A stretch of 64,000 nt of DNA, taken from the NCBI GenBank assembly GCA_964016885.1, contig OZ024741.1, positions 307,706,001-307,770,000 on the forward strand, given 5' to 3'. This document shows, in pieces, positions 29,035 to 43,065 of the stretch (position 1 is the stretch's first letter; each line of letters begins with the position of its first letter). Under the pieces are notes generated by a model. That model was not told the DNA's origin and did not search any database. It was given only the letters and a program-made list of their open reading frames with translations. The stretch is from Eledone cirrhosa. Its lineage: Eukaryota. A program made the position numbers and the translations under genes.

Positions 29035-30292
29035 AATAATATTAATAAATGGAAGCTATCTTTATAAAACCATATTTATTGTATTATATACTAGCAGCAG
29101 TACCCAGCGTTGCCTGGGTAGGTAAAATAATATCTGCTTTGATAAAAAGGTGTTCATCTTAGCGACAGCTTCTCGATGACTCATCTATGGCCACACACAG
29201 GCCATGCGGGGGAGGGTGGTGATGACCTCTATCACTGAGAAACGCAGGTGACTGACGAAGGGGCATGCTGGGGGAGGGAGGTAATGACCTCTAACACTAA
29301 GCCAAATTTCCTCACGCTACTTGATTGGAAACCGATGAATTCTCAAATACACAACTAAAGGCTCAGACGACGTCAGTGGCCATCGTTTTGCCTTTGACCA
29401 TCTATAAGATGTGCAATGATAGGTTCTATCATAGTATAAATGGTGAACCAAATAAATTGATTTATGGGTGATGTGGAGCCAAAGTTTCGAATTTGAACGA
29501 AATCGGTTGAAAAATGTGGGAGCTAGAGCCGAAAAGGCGGAAATTTGAGCGAAAAGGTGGTATTTTCGAATATTTAAGCGGCTGCCACGCCGTTCCTGAA
29601 CAAAAGATCCAAAATGTAAAGCCACTTTAAGACGTAAAATAATAAGATCTAGCGTAGTGTAACATTTGAACAAAGTAGGTTGATTAATGTGGGAGCTAGA
29701 ACAACAAACACAAAATGTAAAGCCATTACAGGATGTGCAATGATAAATTCTATTTTGCTTTGACATTTGAACGAAATCGGTGGCAAAATGTGGAGCCAAA
29801 AAGCTAGAGCCAAAAATCTGATTTTTCGATACCTAAAAAAAGGTGCCCACCCCCATCGATTTTTATCTGCAGAATGACCCCAGAATAAAAAAAATCGATA
29901 CGCTGATATATAGAAAACACTCCTCGATGACTAACCTATGTGCCTATAAAATCGGTCGTAAGATGTTTCATGAAAATCGGTCGTAAGATGTAGGCCCCTA
30001 TAGATAATACACAGACAAACAGACACACACACATACTTAATTTTATATATACACAGATATTTCAAAGGTACCAACATTTTGGTATGCTATCATCAGATAA
30101 AATATAAAAGTTGGTTCACAGATAGTGACATATTCAGACGAGAACTTAATGTTGTCTGAATATGTCACTATCTGTGAACGAACTTTTGTATTTTATCTGA
30201 TGAATGCGTACCAAAATTTTGGTACATTTGAATTATATATAATACAATAAATATGGTTTTATAAAGATAGCTTCCATTTATTAATATTATTG
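29035..30292. mobile_element. Inverted pLTR-like pair with hammerheads; left arm split by the Helitron
   Basis: 29035-29090 joined to 30058-30138 is the reverse complement of ~30154-30292; tattttatCTGATGA in both arms. Confidence 0.8.
29091..30057 (-). mobile_element. Complete non-autonomous Helitron
   Basis: Minus: A|TCTGTG.. 5' end; 3' hairpin ACCCAGGCAACGCTGGGT then CTAG|T; no TSD. The empty site is reconstructed from the opposite arm of the host inverted repeat. Confidence 0.88.
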
Positions 30293-30817
30293 ATATATAT
30301 ATATATATATATGTGTGTGTGTATAGATGCATTTTCTCCTTTTTCTTCTTCTGGGCGGGAGGAGATTAAACGCTGAACAGTCTTTGCCATTTAAAATTAC
30401 CAGTTATACAATTATGTAACCAGCAGTTCTACCATTCAACCACAGTGACTGTTGGAATTTTCATACATTTTTAACAGTGATATGATAAACATTTACCTTA
30501 GGAATCTTTATGGTATTACCTACTTTACATTTACGTATGTGTTTGCTTAAATATTTTACATCGTTCGATACTCGTTTCATATTCTATCAATTATTAAAAA
30601 CTAATGTTTACTTTTATTTATTTAATTATGTTCATGTTTATTAGTACAAATAATTAATTTCTTTGAAAGCAACATTTTTACATTGGCCCCTAAATTACTA
30701 CCGAGGGGTCCACTTGCTATCAGGCAAGCTGAGGACCTGGACAGTCCGCTACTGCATATATAAAACAGAACACCCACACATGCAGACACATATGTCATAC
30801 ACGCACTCGAATATACA

Positions 30818-30851
<34 letters not shown>

Positions 30852-30906
30852 TTCGGATCTAGCTGTTGAAACGGCCGGAGCTCAGCCATCGGATCCTGAA
30901 TCTTTT

Positions 30907-30962
<56 letters not shown>

Positions 30963-30967
<5 letters not shown>

Positions 30968-32016
30968 CGGGTAAAATTTCCAAGATCCATGGTCGAGTTC
31001 TCTCCAGCGGTCTCTATCCCTCATTATCGCTGCCATCTCCATCTCCTGCGTCTCCAACAGACCAGTGTCTGTCCTTAGGGCATCAACATATGTTAACTTC
31101 GGTCTTCCTCTTCCAGTGTGTTCATGCAGGGGCTCCCACAGAAGCACTGAGTGCAGTGTCAACACTGGATATCGGTGAGCATGTCCAGCTAACCTCAGTC
31201 TCCCCTGGGCTACTCACGAGCTGACTTTGGGAGGCTCCCGTACAGTTCTGAGTTTTTCATCCTCAGTATATACTGATTAATGTTCAGAGCCATCCTCAGC
31301 ATTCTCGTGTATCACCCATCCACCATCTGAGGGAGTTTCTTGGTCAATGTCCAAGTCTCAGACTCGTACAGCAGCACAGACTCCACTAAAGCAACAAAGA
31401 GACGGATCTTCCGGTCTTTACGAAGGTCCAGCTTCCGCACCGATCTGAAGCTGTGGCACGCCGCCCAGGCTTTGCTCTTCCTCACGACCAGATCATCTTC
31501 CATATTCCTAATCGTTGCTCCAAAATACAGGAATCCCCAAGAAGATAGTGGACCTGATATCACTGCTTGACACCAACACCAAAGCCCAAGTCATTGTACC
31601 TGATGGGATGACAGAGTTCTTTGAGATACTGTCTGTAGTGGTCCAGGGAGATACATTGGCTCCCTACCTTTTTTATCATCGCAGTGGACTATTGTATACA
31701 CCTTGCGCTGGAGAAACACCAGGACTCTGGCTTTACTGTAACAGCGGCTCAGAGCAAGAGAGTTAAGGCGAAAAAAGATATCGGATGCTGAAATTGCCGA
31801 CGACATAGTTCTGGTGACAAACAGTGAAGGAGGCAGAGGATTTGATTCAGGAGGTGGAGACTGTGTCGATGATGTGGGGCTGAGAATAAATGAGATTAAG
31901 ACGAAGTATCTGGTGGAGAATATTAAGAAGCCAGAGAAGATTATGAACGTAGTCGGGAAGCCGCTAGAGTTGGTTGAGGACTTCCTGTATCTGGGAGCAA
32001 AGATTGGGAATACGGA

Positions 32017-32020
<4 letters not shown>
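30963..32020 (-). mobile_element. RTE-clade LINE with 5' inversion, inserted in (TA)n
   Basis: Minus 30963-31535 encodes [37 protein letters not shown]. Plus 31515-32020 encodes GIPKKIV..QGDTLAPYLF..ADDIVL..GLRINEIKTK..DFLYLG. Same family as 18746-19044. Confidence 0.88.
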
Positions 32021-32094
<74 letters not shown>

Positions 32095-32131
32095 ATATAT
32101 AAATACATACAAATATATATATATAACAGAA

Positions 32132-32214
32132 GTCCGACGAGCTTTTGATTCCTAAGCCGGGCCAGATCGATACAGATCGAACGTTGAGCTGATCAATCAT
32201 GAAACGCGCGTCAC
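32132..32214 (+). ncRNA. Hammerhead motif with CCGACGA core and long stem II
   Basis: gt-CCGACGA...GAAAC-GCGC-GTC|ac, the canonical Penelope-type palindromic stem III; followed by AATAAA. Confidence 0.6.
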
Positions 32215-32400
32215 ACCTCAATAAACGTAATGAAGGCCTGACACTTCGACTTTTTTATTATTAGTATATATATAGATAAATATATACATATATACAATCA
32301 TAAATGAGAAAAGCAAACGATAAAAAGTTACCTAATTTACTTCGAGGTCCCGACATATATATATATATATATACATAAGCCCCCCCCCACACACACACGC

Positions 32401-32463
<63 letters not shown>

Positions 32464-32637
32464 ATTTATGCTTAAGCATATAGAAAAGATAGATGTAGAG
32501 CTATAAAAAAGGGAAAAGACAGATACATAAATACTTAGACAAACATACAGAGACAGATTATATTGCATTTACATCTATAGATACGCTGTGAAGTAGATAT
32601 TCAGATGAAAAAAACAAGACACAAAAAAATCAAGGAA

Positions 32638-32760
<123 letters not shown>

Positions 32761-32821
32761 GTGTGTGTATATGTATATGAGTGTGAACATATCTATTTAT
32801 ATATACACTTGCATATATATA

Positions 32822-32979
<158 letters not shown>

Positions 32980-33337
32980 GATAGATAGATTGATAGGTAG
33001 TTAGACAGATAAATCGACAAATAGATAGAGGGATAGATAGATAGATAGATAATAGTGGTGGGGAAAATGCCGAAACGCCGAAATACGAGCAAGCAAAGGG
33101 GGGAAAAAAACGGGACTTAAAAGGACCTGGAATGGACATTAAAAGAATTTTTATGATAGCCAAAGAATATCATTTATTTATGGCGCTGAATGGCTATTCT
33201 CATCTTAACGAAGCGTTTAGCATAATGTATATCCATAATATAGGTACATACATACATACAAATATACATATACACATACATAAATACATACATACATGTA
33301 ATCAGACAAACACACCTCATACACTGACGTTTTTTTG

Positions 33338-33400
<63 letters not shown>

Positions 33401-33409
33401 GTGTGTATG

Positions 33410-33445
<36 letters not shown>

Positions 33446-33503
33446 TATGGATATTGAGGAAAAGGTGAGAAGGCATGAGGTGACAGGCGAATTGGGGGAA
33501 GTG

Positions 33504-33567
<64 letters not shown>

Positions 33568-33597
33568 CACATATATATATATAAAATCTCTTCCTCC

Positions 33598-33629
<32 letters not shown>

Positions 33630-33758
33630 CTATTCATCTATTCATACATACTGTATACACGCATATGTATATATATAAATGGTTTGAACACATTGATACT
33701 TATGTTGTTATGTATGTAGATATGACTGCTGCAAGTCTTACATGTCGAATTATTGCAC

Positions 33759-33795
<37 letters not shown>

Positions 33796-33815
33796 ACACA
33801 CACACACACACTGGC

Positions 33816-33870
<55 letters not shown>

Positions 33871-34401
33871 GAATGGCTACAATCATACATGCTTACAAAC
33901 ATACATGGAAACATAAATATGTATGGATCTCTTTGCTATATAACTATTAGTAAGATATAAGAAATAAAGTCCAAAAGATAAATTAACCAAACAACGATAG
34001 GTTCAATAGATATTTTCACATGCCTAAACCGCACCATTCATTCGTCTGCTTCTTTCTGTCTCTATCTGCCTGTGTATCGTCTCTTACTCTCTCTATAGCT
34101 TCCTTCTCCTTCTCTCACTCTCTTGCTCTCATTGTCATACACATATACTAGGAATTATCAACCCCCGCCCCATATATATATATATATATATATATAGTTT
34201 CTGAATTTGTTTAGCAAGATTCTTTATCTGAAAACGTGTGTTGAAACCGATATTGTTATAATTAAATAGAAATAAACAAATAAAAACACACACGGACACC
34301 CGGATGTAACACATGCGCAAACTAAGCACACAACACACACAAAAACAAGATGGCGTAGGACAGAACAAATGAGAGGCACAAATCAAAGAAAAGAATCCCC
34401 G

Positions 34402-34444
34402 GTCACTGATGAGGTCACAGAATGTGTGACGAAAGAACTTTGAC
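34402..34444 (+). ncRNA. Minimal hammerhead ribozyme in TA-flanked element ~34197-34597
   Basis: GTCA-CTGATGA-g-GTCAC agaatgt GTGAC-GAAA-gaact-T|TGAC. Confidence 0.78.
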
Positions 34445-34593
34445 AATATATGAACAACCGTCCGGTTAGGGAACCAACCAACCGGAAATTTATTAAATTA
34501 TTTTTTTAAATTTATAATTTAATTTATAATAAATTGGAGTGAAAGCAACTGGTGCGTGTGTTTCTTATTGGCAACATGACCCTCCCAAAGTAT

Positions 34594-34675
<82 letters not shown>

Positions 34676-34817
34676 GTACACATATATATATTTCTCTCAT
34701 ACAAAAAATATATACTAAATCTTATGAGTAGATATGTGCATAAACACTAATACAGATATACTCTTTCAATCCCCGAAACTGGAAAAATACTTTATATATG
34801 TGGGTGCTTATACACAC

Positions 34818-34943
<126 letters not shown>

Positions 34944-34944
34944 G

Positions 34945-35072
34945 TATGTAAAAGGTAAGCAGAAATAACAAAACAATCGGTACAGTATATGGAAGGAATA
35001 TATATTAGGCTAACGCATGAAATAGCAGGAAGAGGGTCTTAACGTTTCGGATGGTAGTCTTTCATCGGAAAA
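34945..35072 (-). mobile_element. Copy of the 20712-20930 family, with CCGATGA hammerhead core
   Basis: Reverse complement reads ccgatgaaagactaccatccgaaacgttaagaccc..catatactgtaccgattg. Confidence 0.75.
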
Positions 35073-35089
35073 AAGAAGTAATTAGATAG

Positions 35090-35181
<92 letters not shown>

Positions 35182-35182
35182 T

Positions 35183-36058
35183 ATATATAGTGAGTTAGAA
35201 TCTCAGAGTAGTCTCTTACAATTAAATAGCTCTAAGAAAAAAGACTTTTCCGAGCCGTGTAATATAATTGAATAAACAAGAGAGATGAACACTAATATAA
35301 ACATACATGTGTCCGAATCGTAAGGACTAGGTTTGCTAGGGTGAAAAAGTACTAACTACAGCAATATGATTTGCCAGACTTAATTTAAAGTAGTAAATTA
35401 AGAAAAGTAATAACAAATCTATATTAGGCAACTGCCTGAAAACACCTATAGGTGTTTTCATGCAGTTGCCCATTATAGATTTGTTATTATTTACGATTTG
35501 GACACATTTATGTTTATATTAGTGTTCATCTCTTTTGTTTATTCAATTATATTACACGGCTCGGAAAAGCTTTTTCTTAGAGCTATTTAATTGTAAGAGA
35601 CTACTCTGAGTTTCTAACTCACTATATATTTGTCGGCTCCATCATGTAGAGTTAATTTTAATGTCGTGTTAACCAGGCTGCTATTTTTAGCGGCATAGGT
35701 TTTCGAGACAAGCTAGGCTCCGAAGACACGTGCGTTATTTGATATCGCACGCAATTCAGTCTTCTAATATTTTTAGAAGTAGAAGGATCGCTAATTTCTC
35801 AATAACTGCTGATGAGCAGAGAAATGGTGATGACTTCGCTTAATATGATTTTGCAAAAACAGTTTCCATAACTGTCTAGGTGTTTTCAGGCAGTTGGCCA
35901 ATATAGGTTTGTTATTATTTTTCTAAATTTACTACTTTAAATTAAGTCTGGCAAACCATATTGCTGTAGTTAGTATTTGTTCACCCTAGCAAACCTAGTC
36001 CTTACGATTCGGACACATGTATGTTTATATTAGTGTTCATCTCTATTTTTTATTCAAT
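35183..36058 (+). mobile_element. Retrozyme/pLTR-like element: inverted arm, unit-length monomer, then partial direct repeat
   Basis: Foldback centre at 35448/35449. TAGGTGTTTTCA starts at 35449 and again at 35877. Hammerhead 35804-35881 has stem III ACAGTT/AACTGT, a GTC site and G12 mutated to A. Confidence 0.78.
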
Positions 36059-36115
36059 TTTATATATATATATGTGCATGTGTGTATGTGTGTGTGTGTA
36101 TGTGCGCGTGTGTGT

Positions 36116-36322
<207 letters not shown>

Positions 36323-36376
36323 GGATGATAGATCAAGAAAATCATTGCTCAATCTATTGTGATAGAGCTTAAATAT

Positions 36377-36458
36377 TGTCCGATGAGAGTTCAGTTTGGA
36401 AGAACGTCCTTCAGTGTACATTGGTAGCGATAACTAGACACCGAAATCAATGGTCGCA
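36377..36458 (+). ncRNA. Hammerhead motif with CCGATGA core
   Basis: tgt-CCGATGA-..agtt/aact..-GAAA-tcaatggt-C|gca in a TA-flanked insert; stem II imperfect. Confidence 0.5.
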
Positions 36459-36489
36459 CATACATATTAAGTGTATGAAACTTTATTTA

Positions 36490-36536
<47 letters not shown>

Positions 36537-36542
<6 letters not shown>

Positions 36543-36700
36543 TAACTGATTAAAGCTTAAGCAAAGAATCGCTGCTTTCACCCTCAACAGGATCTTCGGA
36601 AAGGATTCTTTGCTTAAACTTTAATCTGTTATTTTAATAAATATTTGGTCTATGGTTTTATACATTTTCGGATTTTAACCTTCACATTTATTATTATTAC
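36537..36700. mobile_element. Foldback element with degenerate minus-strand hammerhead
   Basis: Minus: CCGAAGA-tcct gttg aggg-t-GAAA-gcagcg. Same family as 18103-18197. Confidence 0.6.
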
Positions 36701-36806
<106 letters not shown>

Positions 36807-36860
36807 TGTGTGTGTGTGTGTGTGTGTGGGTGTGTGTGTGTGCGTGCGTGCGTGCGTGCA

Positions 36861-36937
<77 letters not shown>

Positions 36938-37248
36938 ATTCGTAAAAGTGGAGTATTCTCAGCGCGAGGGGCAGCCGTAAACAGCTGGATACTATTTGCA
37001 TAGCAAATTATTTGTGGGGTTAAGATATAACCTCTTGATTTAATTTCCTTTACCCGAGTATTTTTAATTATTGAACTCTGTTGATACATCCAGTGTCACT
37101 CATCTGAGTTTTACCTGACGCATGGTTCCACACACACACAACACACGCACAAACATTTATATACATATACGCACATATGTCTATATGTATAATATGTATA
37201 CATATATATATATATATGTATATGTATAATATATATATATATGCTTGT

Positions 37249-37282
<34 letters not shown>

Positions 37283-37551
37283 GTGTTTAATATATATATA
37301 TATGCTTGTATATATATATACATACACAAAGGTATATGCTCGTATATATACATACACAAATGTGTGTGAGTGTCTGTGTGTGTGTGCATACATACATATA
37401 AGAATGTCTGTGTCAGTATGTTATGCTTGTCTTACGATCTGTTATATACATACACACCCACAAACACACTCTTAATTCTTTCCTTTCTCCCACTCTCTCT
37501 CTTTTTCTCTCTCTCTCTTTATCTCTTTATTTTTCTCTCTTTCTCTATCTG

Positions 37552-37588
<37 letters not shown>

Positions 37589-38025
37589 GGCATATTTACA
37601 CATATTTAATTACAATATGTTCATTTTCGAAACATCTCATTAAATATATATTTATTTCACTTATATCTGCCCACGCCATTTTCATTTTTATTTCTTTGAT
37701 TTTTATATGTAACACGTTGAAGTTGCTACAATAACGATGATTAAAACAATTGCGACAGCAACAACAACAACAAACTTACTTTTTATTACGAGTCAACTTT
37801 GCCTTTCATCAATTCGTGATCGATAAAAAATGCCCTAGTCCGGTAGTGTGGGCGATTCGGTTTCTATGTTTTTTTACCACGTCCTTTTCAGCACCGTCTT
37901 TCCTTCTCTGGAAGAAATCGCTGTGCTCCTCACTTGACAGGGATGAGCTCCACTGGGTTTAAACTGCTCAAAACCTACCGTATTTCACTACGTCATCCCT
38001 ACGACTCAATCAGGGCTTACAAGTC

Positions 38026-38057
<32 letters not shown>

Positions 38058-39024
38058 CATACATACATACATACATACATACATACATACATACATACAT
38101 ACATACATACGTACGTACATACGTACATACATACATGATGGCTGCAAACTCTGCTAAGAGTATTGCAATCGCTTGTCAGATTACAGAAAATGGTGCACCT
38201 TTAGGCTACAGCAAGCCATACGAACCTGTAACATATCTTGAACAAGCAATGCCAGTGCTTTGAAGGTTTTAATCCCACTCGCTGAGTCAATGGTCATCGA
38301 AATAGTAATTCTTTTTCTTTCTTTTTTCACCTGGAAGTGAAAGGCCCCCAGTTGTTGTCACAACACTTTTCTAAGAGAGGGAAACTCTGAAAAAAAAACC
38401 TGCGGCTTCGGCAACATACGTACATACATACATACATACATACATACATACATACATACATACATACATGTATGACAGTCGTCTGCTCCATACAATTCTT
38501 GGCCACTTCTTGCACTTTATGTCCGTTCTTTCCTGGCAGGAGATCTCAAATAGCTTTTGAGTTCTGAAAGCCTGTGAAAGACCAGTCCACAAATAATACA
38601 ATGATGTCTCATTTCTTTCTTGTTTCCACTTTCGATTTGCTTCTTGTATATGTTCAGATGTCGCTTCAATCCATCACTGGAACTGATTCTCTGCAACGAA
38701 GTTTGAATAATCAACTTGATCGCATGCTCGTTGGTGTAACTTCAAGTCAGCGTTTGAAAGGTACTTTAAGGCACACAGGTCATTTGAAAACCAACCAACA
38801 TACATGTGAGAATCTAGGCGGTCGCTTAACCTCCTAAAAATCGTAGCCAAATATCCCTCAAAGCACACCCCAACATCATAAGCAACGATGTATTGGTTAA
38901 CATATGTAGTCATAATTACGGTGTGCCCAAAAAAGAGTTGGTCAAAGCTAGATCACCTCTCATTATAAATCTATTGCATTGTCCAGGGAATAAACTACTA
39001 CTATTACTACTACTACTCCTACTA

Positions 39025-39395
39025 TATTATTTTATCGACCTCAGACGGATGAAAGGCAAGGTTGACCTCGGCAGGATTTGAACACTGAAAGGAATGAGTC
39101 GTAACTGAATACCGTAAAGGATTTTGCCCTACGTTCTACCGATTCTGCCAATCCACCTCCTTCAACAACAACAATAATAGTAATTATTCTATTATACGCA
39201 CAAGACCAGCAATTTTGGGGGAGGGGAAGTCGATTAAATCAATCCCAGTACATTACTGGTGATTTGTTTGATCGACCCCGTACAGATGAAAGGCAAAGCT
39301 AACCTCGGCGGTATTTGAACCCAGAACGTAAAGGGCCATAACTCTATGCTGCAAAGCATGGTGTCTGACGCTTTACCGATACTGCCAATCCACCA
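39025..39395 (-). mobile_element. Two tandem Nin-domain SINEs
   Basis: Two reverse-complement copies of the core and tRNA head. Confidence 0.8.
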
Positions 39396-39559
39396 GGGAG
39401 GATTTTAAAGATGGAGTTGACAAACGTAGGGAATTGGTAGAGTCATTAGAATACCGATTAGAATGCCTTGGTGATGTGGTTAATTCCGCAAGAATAAGAA
39501 TATTAACCACCAGTATCAAACAAGCTCTCTGCACTGTCAGTTGAAATCTCGCTCTCTGG

Positions 39560-39860
39560 ATTCTGTCTGGCGCTCTATCAATTCAGTCTCGTACTTGATT
39601 CAATCTGTTTGATGCTCTACCTATTTTTTCTTTGTGTTCTATCAACATTTTCCAGCACACTACACATTCTGTCCGGTGCTCTACGGATTTTTCTTCGTGT
39701 TCTCTTTACAATTTCCAGCCCACTTCTGTCCGATGCTCTACTGGTTCTGTCTGGCGGCGCTCCACAGATTCTGTTCGGCGTACTACCGATGCCATCCGGC
39801 GTACTATCGGTTCTGCCTGGTACTCTAGCAATTCTATCCAGCGTTGTACAGATTCTACCC
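39560..39860. repeat. Degenerate ~21-bp minisatellite
   Basis: Recurring unit approximately ttctgtccggcgctctaccga. Confidence 0.65.
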
Positions 39861-40269
39861 CCAAAATAAGAACAATGATTTGCTACATTTATACAGCATC
39901 ACAAACTTGTAGATGAGTGAATGGCACACTTGATAGCAATAAAGGGACAACATATTATTGATTCTTATGTTATTGTTGCTAGTTCATTCTTTCTGACTCA
40001 GGCCCTCATCCCGACGCCCGTTAAGCAGGGTGGGATAAACGGCACAAGCCTACCTATATTGCTTGGCGAGATTAGAAATTGTAACTTACAAGAGCACCAA
40101 CATCCCAACATCAAATACCATTGCAGTTAATAAACGAGTGTTTCTCCATGTAGCTACAAGACAAGCTAGAAATACCAGTCAAATCTCCCTGAAAGAACAC
40201 CTCACGTTTTTAGAAATGAAGGAAGCATAGAATGATAGCTTAAATATATTATGTATGAAAAAAGTTGGA

Positions 40270-40435
40270 TGCAGCTTGACTGAATGGTTAACATGCTCGC
40301 TCCCTAATCATAAATTTTAGGGATCTATCCCATTGCATAACATCTTTGGCATATGTCATTTGAAATTTTCTCAGGTCATTCCAAGGTTTGTGAGTGAAAT
40401 TGGGCCGACATCAATTGTTTAGAAGCCCGTCGGAT
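40270..40435 (+). mobile_element. Second tRNA-derived SINE family, diverged (minus copy at 57535-57668)
   Basis: A-box-like tgactgaatggttaa; shared caagg/cc-ttgtgagtgaaatt. Confidence 0.5.
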
Positions 40436-42326
40436 AGATTATATCTGTAATTCAAAGGTAGAGTTATGCTGAATCTATTGCAGATTTACGTTAAAGGGTG
40501 CAAGCCTCCCCGAATCCCCGAATCGTTCAGGCCCATGCCCGTTAATTTCACGATAAGTCTATTCTAGGGATTGAAGGAATGGAACAACTCATCGATGAAT
40601 CAAGTGAAGTCCATCTATTCATCTGTAAAAATAAAAATTGATATAAAAATTTCAGGATAGCCAAAGCTAGGTCACTTTTAATCACACGTTTTGTCTAGCT
40701 AATATACAACACGAACACAACAAACCAAGGAACGAGTGGTCACTGTAACAGCTAAAAATAAGTGTATCACCTCCTTCAAACCATACTTAATCGTATCGTA
40801 AAAAGGTGTCATAGGATAAGGTAGTCGTAAATCTACACAAAGTCTAGACAAAAGACCGATTAGCCACGACGGGAATGTGGGTTCTGCTCTAACAAGGTTG
40901 ACCTACAAACAACAGCAAGAACATCAACATCAAGGAAGTCATAAAGTTCTTAGATGCTCGCCTAACTTACAAGAAATATCAACCAATTTCCCACTCTCAA
41001 AAGATAGGAAGCATGTTTTAAAGAAGGTAATACCAGATACAAACTTCTTAAAATTTGATGGGATGCTCACTGTTAAAAATGATTTTATCATAAGTTTGCT
41101 CTACAGAGATGATCCACGGCTGGAATACAACAATAAAACATTAAAATTTGAGGTTTCCCTTAGTATTCGAAGATGTATATTCAGCTGTTCAATCAACTAA
41201 ATTACCTTCTCGTTAATTCAGCATATAAGTGACTGAGTATTGCGCACATATCTATAGTCTTCTCAGGCTAAGTTACCATGACACAATATGTGGCAAGATT
41301 CGACCTTTAAACTACAGGTATACCTACATCTATTCTGAAAGGCCGAAATACTTGTGTATTTAGCTACTATTTAATTATAATAAGCGTTTTAAGGATATTT
41401 TGTCTACTAAAGCAGGAGTTATCCACGTGATCCCCGTGGTAAGCATTATACTAATCATCGGGTGCTTTTTGAGGCAATGTTTTACATCTGGAAGTCCTTC
41501 TTTGCACCAATCCCTTCAGTCACCTCTTATGGCACGCAGGCTTTCTGTATACTTATTCTTGCCGGATACGTATTTGCTAAGTATAAATCGGAAAAATAAA
41601 AGTGTATTCGTCTAAGCGTAGTGCTGTGGCTCAATATAATTGCCTACGTGGTGGAATCTCAACATGGTCGCCGCAGTCCAATGACTGAAACCACTAAAAG
41701 AAATACGGTTTTTTTTAGAAAAAAATCAACTCATCCTCTTCCAGCTAACTGCCTCGCCTGAAACTAAAGAAAGCAGTCATCGCCAAATATTGCCCTATAA
41801 TCATTATCAATCTGACACACTGGTCTTCACTGCTAAGGATAACGAACACCAACTATTAACTACTATCATGTCTCATTTACCTCCCTTACTTTCTGACATT
41901 CTCCATTTTTTTGTTAGTTTATTTGTGTCCTTCCTATCTATAATTCTTTCTTTCATTTCCCACGTTTTTTTTTACGTTTTACCTACTTTCTTTTATGTTG
42001 GATTTTTATTTTATGTGTATTTTTTTTCCGATCACCTTTCTTACATTTTATTATCAACGGTTTATTTATTAATCGATTATTCTTCCTTCCTCTCTTTCAT
42101 TAATTTTTTTTATTACATTATTTTTTTTTCTTTATTATTTTCTTTCAATTTTGTTTTATTGTTATTTTTTCATTTTTCCTTCTTTTTCTCTGCTCGGTGT
42201 TACTATCACTTTCTTTATCGTCTTCTTTCTTTGTTTTTTTTCTTCTTATTTGTTTCTTATTCTTATTCTTATTTTTATTCTGATTTGTTACTTTTATTCT
42301 TATCGGTCTACACATATATATATCAC

Positions 42327-42365
<39 letters not shown>

Positions 42366-42547
42366 CCTCTCTCTCTCTCCCTCCCTCTCTCTCTCTACAC
42401 ACACACACACACATATATTTATATGTGTGTGTATGTGTGTGTGTGTATCTATGTATGTATGTGTGATATATATATATATATATCACACTCACTCTCTTTA
42501 GCTACCTATCATTCTATATAGACACACGCACACACACGCACACTTAG

Positions 42548-42626
<79 letters not shown>

Positions 42627-42957
42627 TTCTGTATGTATCTATCCATATTTTATGTATCCATATTTTTTTCCCCTCTTTCTACGCCATTCCCAACACCGAC
42701 TCCATACATTCCCGCTACCTCGCTATCAATTCTTTTTATGACATACTTTCTTTCTATTACTTCCCTTTGTTGTTATTGTCGCAGAGATTATAGCTGCGAC
42801 GCTGCTGCTGCGGTTGTTGTTGTTGTTGTTGCTGTTATTGTTGCTTTTATTAATATTGTTGTTGTTGTGGATTTAGGTGTATGGAAAGTAAAACATGTAA
42901 GAGACTGATGTATTTCGATGTTGTTGGTCGTATATATACATAGATACATACACATAC

Positions 42958-43065
<108 letters not shown>

